Part shown: positions 60,198 to 64,000 of the stretch, in pieces
Numbering within the stretch: position 1 is the first letter of the stretch
Layout of the letters: each line of letters begins with the position of its first letter
Source of the DNA: Acidimicrobiales bacterium
Lineage (GTDB): Bacteria > Actinomycetota > Acidimicrobiia > Acidimicrobiales > RAAP-2
Reading direction: 5' to 3'
Length of the DNA: 64,000 nucleotides
NCBI GenBank assembly: GCA_035532375.1
Contig: DATKRC010000125.1
Coordinates: 5,805 to 69,804 of the forward strand
Translations under genes and position numbers: made by a program
The notes under the pieces: generated by a model
What the model saw: the letters and a program-made list of their open reading frames with translations, nothing else
The model's database searches: none
Told to the model about the DNA's origin: nothing

Positions 60198-61001
60198 TCA
60201 CTGGCGGGCAAACCATTGCAGTAAGCGTTCAGCGTCGCGGCTTTCGCGAACCAGTCGCCGACAACGAGCGATGCGTTTGGTCATTCCTTGTCGGGAGATT
60301 CCTTCGGACCGTGCGATTTCGTCAATCGACATCGTTCGAAAGGTGAACTGCCAAAACGCGTCAAAATCATCGCCACATACTCGGCGGAGAGCATCGATCA
60401 CCCACGACGGAGGATCGCTGACGTCATGTCGCATCTTAAAATCGGTGTCGTCATCGAGTTCGGTGTTGCCGTAACGACGGGACTGCAATTCTCGATTGAG
60501 TTGCATCGTTTCGTGCGCCCTGGCCTGCGAAACTCCGAGTGCCTGGGCAACGTCTCGCTTGGTCAGATGTTTCGCGGGATTCGCTCGGATCAATTTTTGC
60601 AGCTCCAGTATGAGGCGCATCTCTGAATCGCTCAGACCGGCCTGTTGCTGCACGGCCTGATTGACCAGTTTCATGATCCAGTAGTTGGCGTAGGTGGAGA
60701 ATCGATTTCCTTGCTCCGGATCGAACCTTTGAAGGGCGTTCACCAATGCCTCGACGCCGGCCGCCTCCAACTCATCGTTGCCGAACCGGTACCCCCGTTC
60801 GACGACGCGCGTGCGCACGAGTCCCAACGTTGCGCGGAGAAGCTTCGATTCCGCTTCCTGGCCAGCGTGGCGCTGACGAAGCAGGCGGCGGCGCTCGGTC
60901 GAGTTCGATGTGCCACGTTCGAGGAGCTGTCCGGCTCGACGTCCCTGTTGGATTAGCGGATACAGACTCCGCTCTTCGTCGACGCTGAGAGGGGCGGTCA
61001 T
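60198..61001 (-). CDS. Divergent sigma-70 family factor
   Basis: PLSVDEERSL (region 1.2), RFDPEQGNRFSTYANYWI (region 2), HTH SIDEIARSEGISRQ (region 4). Confidence 0.8.
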   Translation of the reverse strand: MTAPLSVDEERSLYPLIQQGRRAGQLLERGTSNSTERRRLLRQRHAGQEAESKLLRATLGLVRTRVVERGYRFGNDELEAAGVEALVNALQRFDPEQGNRFSTYANYWIMKLVNQAVQQQAGLSDSEMRLILELQKLIRANPAKHLTKRDVAQALGVSQARAHETMQLNRELQSRRYGNTELDDDTDFKMRHDVSDPPSWVIDALRRVCGDDFDAFWQFTFRTMSIDEIARSEGISRQGMTKRIARCRRLVRESRDAERLLQWFARQ

Positions 61002-61036
61002 TTCGAGTCCACCGATAATGCCCAGAGTCTGTCCGG

Positions 61037-62878
61037 TCACGTTGACCTTGATGATGTTCGTTCGACCAGCCACTCCCGGAGTTCGTTCTCGGCGAGCTGT
61101 CCCGAGGGGCTCTCGAGAAGGACCAGCCGCTCCTTTACGTCACGGACGGTCACGTCGGCGACTTCGGGTGACAAGATGCCGCTTTGAAGATCGCGATTCA
61201 CGTTCTTGAGTTCAGCGTTGACCGCACTGCGGATGAGCTGGGACACCACTGCGGTCACGTCTTCGACGGTGTACTCGCGGTCCAGTTCGTCGACCGCGAG
61301 TTGGCTGAGGACGTGCGCCGCTTCCTCTCCGCCACGGCGATCGAGGTCGTCGATGACTTCGGAAAGTGACCGTTCGCTGGAAAGTCCATCAAAGATCTCT
61401 CGCTGCACGTCGTTGACGAAATACGCGGAAATCAGTCGATCTTTCACGTCATTCGGGAAATGAACGCGAAGTCGAAGAGCTTCCAGACCGGGACGCGGCA
61501 TCGGTAGACGCGCGGCCCGAGGTTGGCTCACCGCAATAGGGCGAGGTTCATTCGTCGTGGGCGGTCTTGGATTGCGCGCGAGTTCGGCGACTCGCGGTCG
61601 AAGGAGTGACTCTTCGAGTCGCAGAGCGCTGGCGACTTGCATGATGTACTGATCGCGCACCAGTTCACTCGGGTGCTCGGCGAGGACCTCCATGGCGCGC
61701 TCCGCGGCCCGCCCTCTGCCTTCGGCGGTGGCGACGTTCGCGCTCTCGAGTACGCGGTCCAGTCGGAACTGCAGAAATGGCACGGCCTCGTTTATCGACT
61801 TACGGAGCTCCTCGGGATCGCTGCGCGCGAGATCGGCCGGATCTTGCCCCTTGGGCAGATGCGCGACAAAGACGTCGACCTCGTGTTGTCGCTCCCACTG
61901 ATAGACTGAGGCCGCCGCACTCTGACCCGCCTTGTCAGCGTCGTATGCCAGCACGATGCGTTTAGCGAAGTTGCGCATTGTCTTGAAGTGCTCTTCACCA
62001 AGGGCAGTGCCGCAGGTGGCGACGGCCCGCGGCATGCCGGCCATGAAGAACGCGATGACGTCCGTGTAGCCCTCGCACACGATGATCTCGTCGGACTTGA
62101 TGATGTCGTCCTTGGCCCAATTGAGCGCGTAGAGCGTGCGGCGCTTGGAGTAGATCGACGTCTCGGGTGAGTTCTTGTACTTCGCCTCTACACGGCCGTC
62201 GGGGCCAGCGGCGCTTCCGTACGGCGGGGGAAGGATGCGACCGCCGACGGCTATCGCCTTGCCCGCCGAGTCGAAGATAGGAAAGATGACGCGCGCCCTC
62301 AGGGCGTCCTGACGACGATCGCCTTTGTTGACGAAACCGAGACCGGTGGCGAGCAGCAACTTTTCAGTAAATTTAAGCCCCTTGGCGAGTCCATCCCATT
62401 CGTCAGGCGCCCAGCCGAGTCGAAACTGTCGAGCGATGTCGCCGCCGAAACCGCGCGACTTCAAATACTCGCGCGCCGGACGGGCGTCGGGTGCGTTGAG
62501 TAGTCGATCGTGATACCACGTGACCGCCATCTCCATGGCCGCCATGGCCTCTTGGCGCTCTTTGCGAGCCGGTCCAGCGTTGGCGTCATCGTGCAACTCA
62601 ATTCCCGCACGGTCGGCCAGCAAACGAAGGGCGTCCATGAAGTCCAGGTGCTGAATCTCGCGCACGAAGGTGATCTGGTCGCCAGACGCGCGACAGCCGA
62701 AGCAGTAGTAGCGGCCCTCTTCGGCATTCACGGAAAACGACGGGGTCTTCTCCGCGTGAAACGGGCATAGACCGGTCCAGCGACGACCGGACTTCTTCAG
62801 CGCCACGGTCTCACTTATGAGAGCCACGATGTCGGTCGCCGAGCGGACCTGCGCGATCTCACTCTCCGATATGGCCAT
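61037..62878 (-). CDS. dnaG: DNA primase
   Basis: CPFHAEKTPSF, CFGC, KYKNSPET, EGYTD, YDADKAG. Confidence 0.97.
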   Translation of the reverse strand: MAISESEIAQVRSATDIVALISETVALKKSGRRWTGLCPFHAEKTPSFSVNAEEGRYYCFGCRASGDQITFVREIQHLDFMDALRLLADRAGIELHDDANAGPARKERQEAMAAMEMAVTWYHDRLLNAPDARPAREYLKSRGFGGDIARQFRLGWAPDEWDGLAKGLKFTEKLLLATGLGFVNKGDRRQDALRARVIFPIFDSAGKAIAVGGRILPPPYGSAAGPDGRVEAKYKNSPETSIYSKRRTLYALNWAKDDIIKSDEIIVCEGYTDVIAFFMAGMPRAVATCGTALGEEHFKTMRNFAKRIVLAYDADKAGQSAAASVYQWERQHEVDVFVAHLPKGQDPADLARSDPEELRKSINEAVPFLQFRLDRVLESANVATAEGRGRAAERAMEVLAEHPSELVRDQYIMQVASALRLEESLLRPRVAELARNPRPPTTNEPRPIAVSQPRAARLPMPRPGLEALRLRVHFPNDVKDRLISAYFVNDVQREIFDGLSSERSLSEVIDDLDRRGGEEAAHVLSQLAVDELDREYTVEDVTAVVSQLIRSAVNAELKNVNRDLQSGILSPEVADVTVRDVKERLVLLESPSGQLAENELREWLVERTSSRST

Positions 62879-62948
62879 AGGAAGAAAGTACCGGTTCCTT
62901 CACGCGCTCACATCGGAGTTGTCGAGGCGCCTGCCTAAACTCTGGGCC

Positions 62949-63953
62949 ATGTCTGGAATCTCGGTTGAGGCGACCGATATCGTCCGAACGTTCAACCACG
63001 GCGAGTTTCGCGCGCTTGATGGCGTGTCATTGCAGGTGTCCACCGGACAAGTCTTCGGACTCCTCGGACCGAATGGCTCCGGCAAGACAACCATGGTGCG
63101 AATCCTCTCGACGGTCCTTGCACCCACGCAAGGTCGGGCCATGGTCGGTGGCTTCGACGTGGTGAAGCAACCGCGACAGGTCCGTCGTGTCATCGGCCTC
63201 GCCGGACAGTTCGCGGCGGTCGATGAGAACCTCACCGGCTACGAGAATCTCCGGATGGTGGGCTTCTTGAATCACATGGAGAGATCCACCGCCATCGCGC
63301 GTTCGCGCCAACTGCTCGCCGATTTCGGATTGGCCGAGTTTGCGCACAAACTGGTCCAGACGTATTCCGGCGGCATGCGACGTCGACTGGACCTAGCGGC
63401 TGCACTGGTCGCTGATCCTCCAATCCTCTTCCTTGACGAGCCGACAACGGGACTGGACCCACAGTCACGTCAAGACCTCTGGGCGATCATTGAAGGTCTC
63501 GTGGAAGGTGGCACGACCGTACTGCTCACGACCCAGTATTTGGAAGAAGCCGATCGGCTCTGTAAACAACTCGTCGTACTCGATCACGGCAAGATCATCG
63601 CTGAGGGGACGTCCTCGCAACTGAAAAGCTCACTGGGTAACACCGTATTGGTGCTCACCTTCGCACACATCGGTGACGCGCATCGCGCGCTCGGATTGAT
63701 TTCGGATATATCGGCGAAGCCCGCCAATGTCGACGGCACCGTAATCGAATTGACCGTCGATACTGGACCGGCCTCAGCCGCCGAGGCGCTGCGACGTATC
63801 GACAGCGCCGAAATCCAAATCGCCGGTTTGCAACTCCGCGAACCGAGCCTCGACGACGTCTTCTTGAATCTCACCGGTCACAAAGCCGATGACGAAGTGG
63901 CCCCGGTGACCGAGAAGAAGTCGCGTCGTTCACGTCGAAGGGCCCAGGTATGA
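62949..63953 (+). CDS. DrrA-family ABC transporter ATPase
   Basis: GPNGSGKT, YSGGMRRR, LDEPTTGLD, PSLDDVFL. Confidence 0.93.
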   Translation: MSGISVEATDIVRTFNHGEFRALDGVSLQVSTGQVFGLLGPNGSGKTTMVRILSTVLAPTQGRAMVGGFDVVKQPRQVRRVIGLAGQFAAVDENLTGYENLRMVGFLNHMERSTAIARSRQLLADFGLAEFAHKLVQTYSGGMRRRLDLAAALVADPPILFLDEPTTGLDPQSRQDLWAIIEGLVEGGTTVLLTTQYLEEADRLCKQLVVLDHGKIIAEGTSSQLKSSLGNTVLVLTFAHIGDAHRALGLISDISAKPANVDGTVIELTVDTGPASAAEALRRIDSAEIQIAGLQLREPSLDDVFLNLTGHKADDEVAPVTEKKSRRSRRRAQV

Positions 63954-64000
63954 CCTTCACTTCTCGGCCAACGGCGGTCGCAGCACCCCACCACGACTCT
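63950..64000 (+). CDS. Probable ABC permease, 5' fragment at the window edge
   Basis: ATGA overlap with the ATPase stop; function inferred from context only. Confidence 0.45.
   Translation, partial: MTFTSRPTAVAAPHHDS

Overview
High-GC actinobacterial chromosome segment, most consistent with Acidimicrobiia (inferred from F420 enzymes, the pspA-htpX-pspAB cluster, DUF2469, GTP-type PEPCK, plsX/acpP beside rpmF and many leaderless genes). Positions 1-40 kb are mostly core genes (EF-G paralog, purKE, fumC, nfo, rplS-trmD-rimM-khpA-rpsP-ffh-ftsY-smc-mutM-rnc-acpP-plsX-rpmF-yceD-coaD-rsmD-recG-DAK2, rpmB, thiL, pckG, ndh). Positions 40-47 kb are accessory metabolism (TetR/P450, VOC, stand-alone LanC plus PP-loop ATPase, beta-propeller). 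Positions 60-64 kb hold tRNA-Ile2(CAT), tRNA-Asn, a divergent sigma-70, dnaG and a DrrA-type ABC ATPase. The main discovery is at 47.3-60.0 kb, downstream of tRNA-Ile2: eight same-orientation copies of a ~170-bp composite repeat. Each copy is the tRNA 3' half, ending exactly at the anticodon loop, plus a conserved ~120-bp non-tRNA arm built of phased direct repeats. The copies separate eight small, unrelated, integrase-less cargo units: YciI, CIRCE-controlled Hsp20, type IV pilin, a secreted protein, RidA+SnoaL, a Fic fragment plus cyclase-STAND protein, an MNT-HEPN pair and PAS-GGDEF-EAL. This looks like a tRNA-anchored, integron-like cassette array. All calls come from reading sequence and motifs by eye; no database searches were run.
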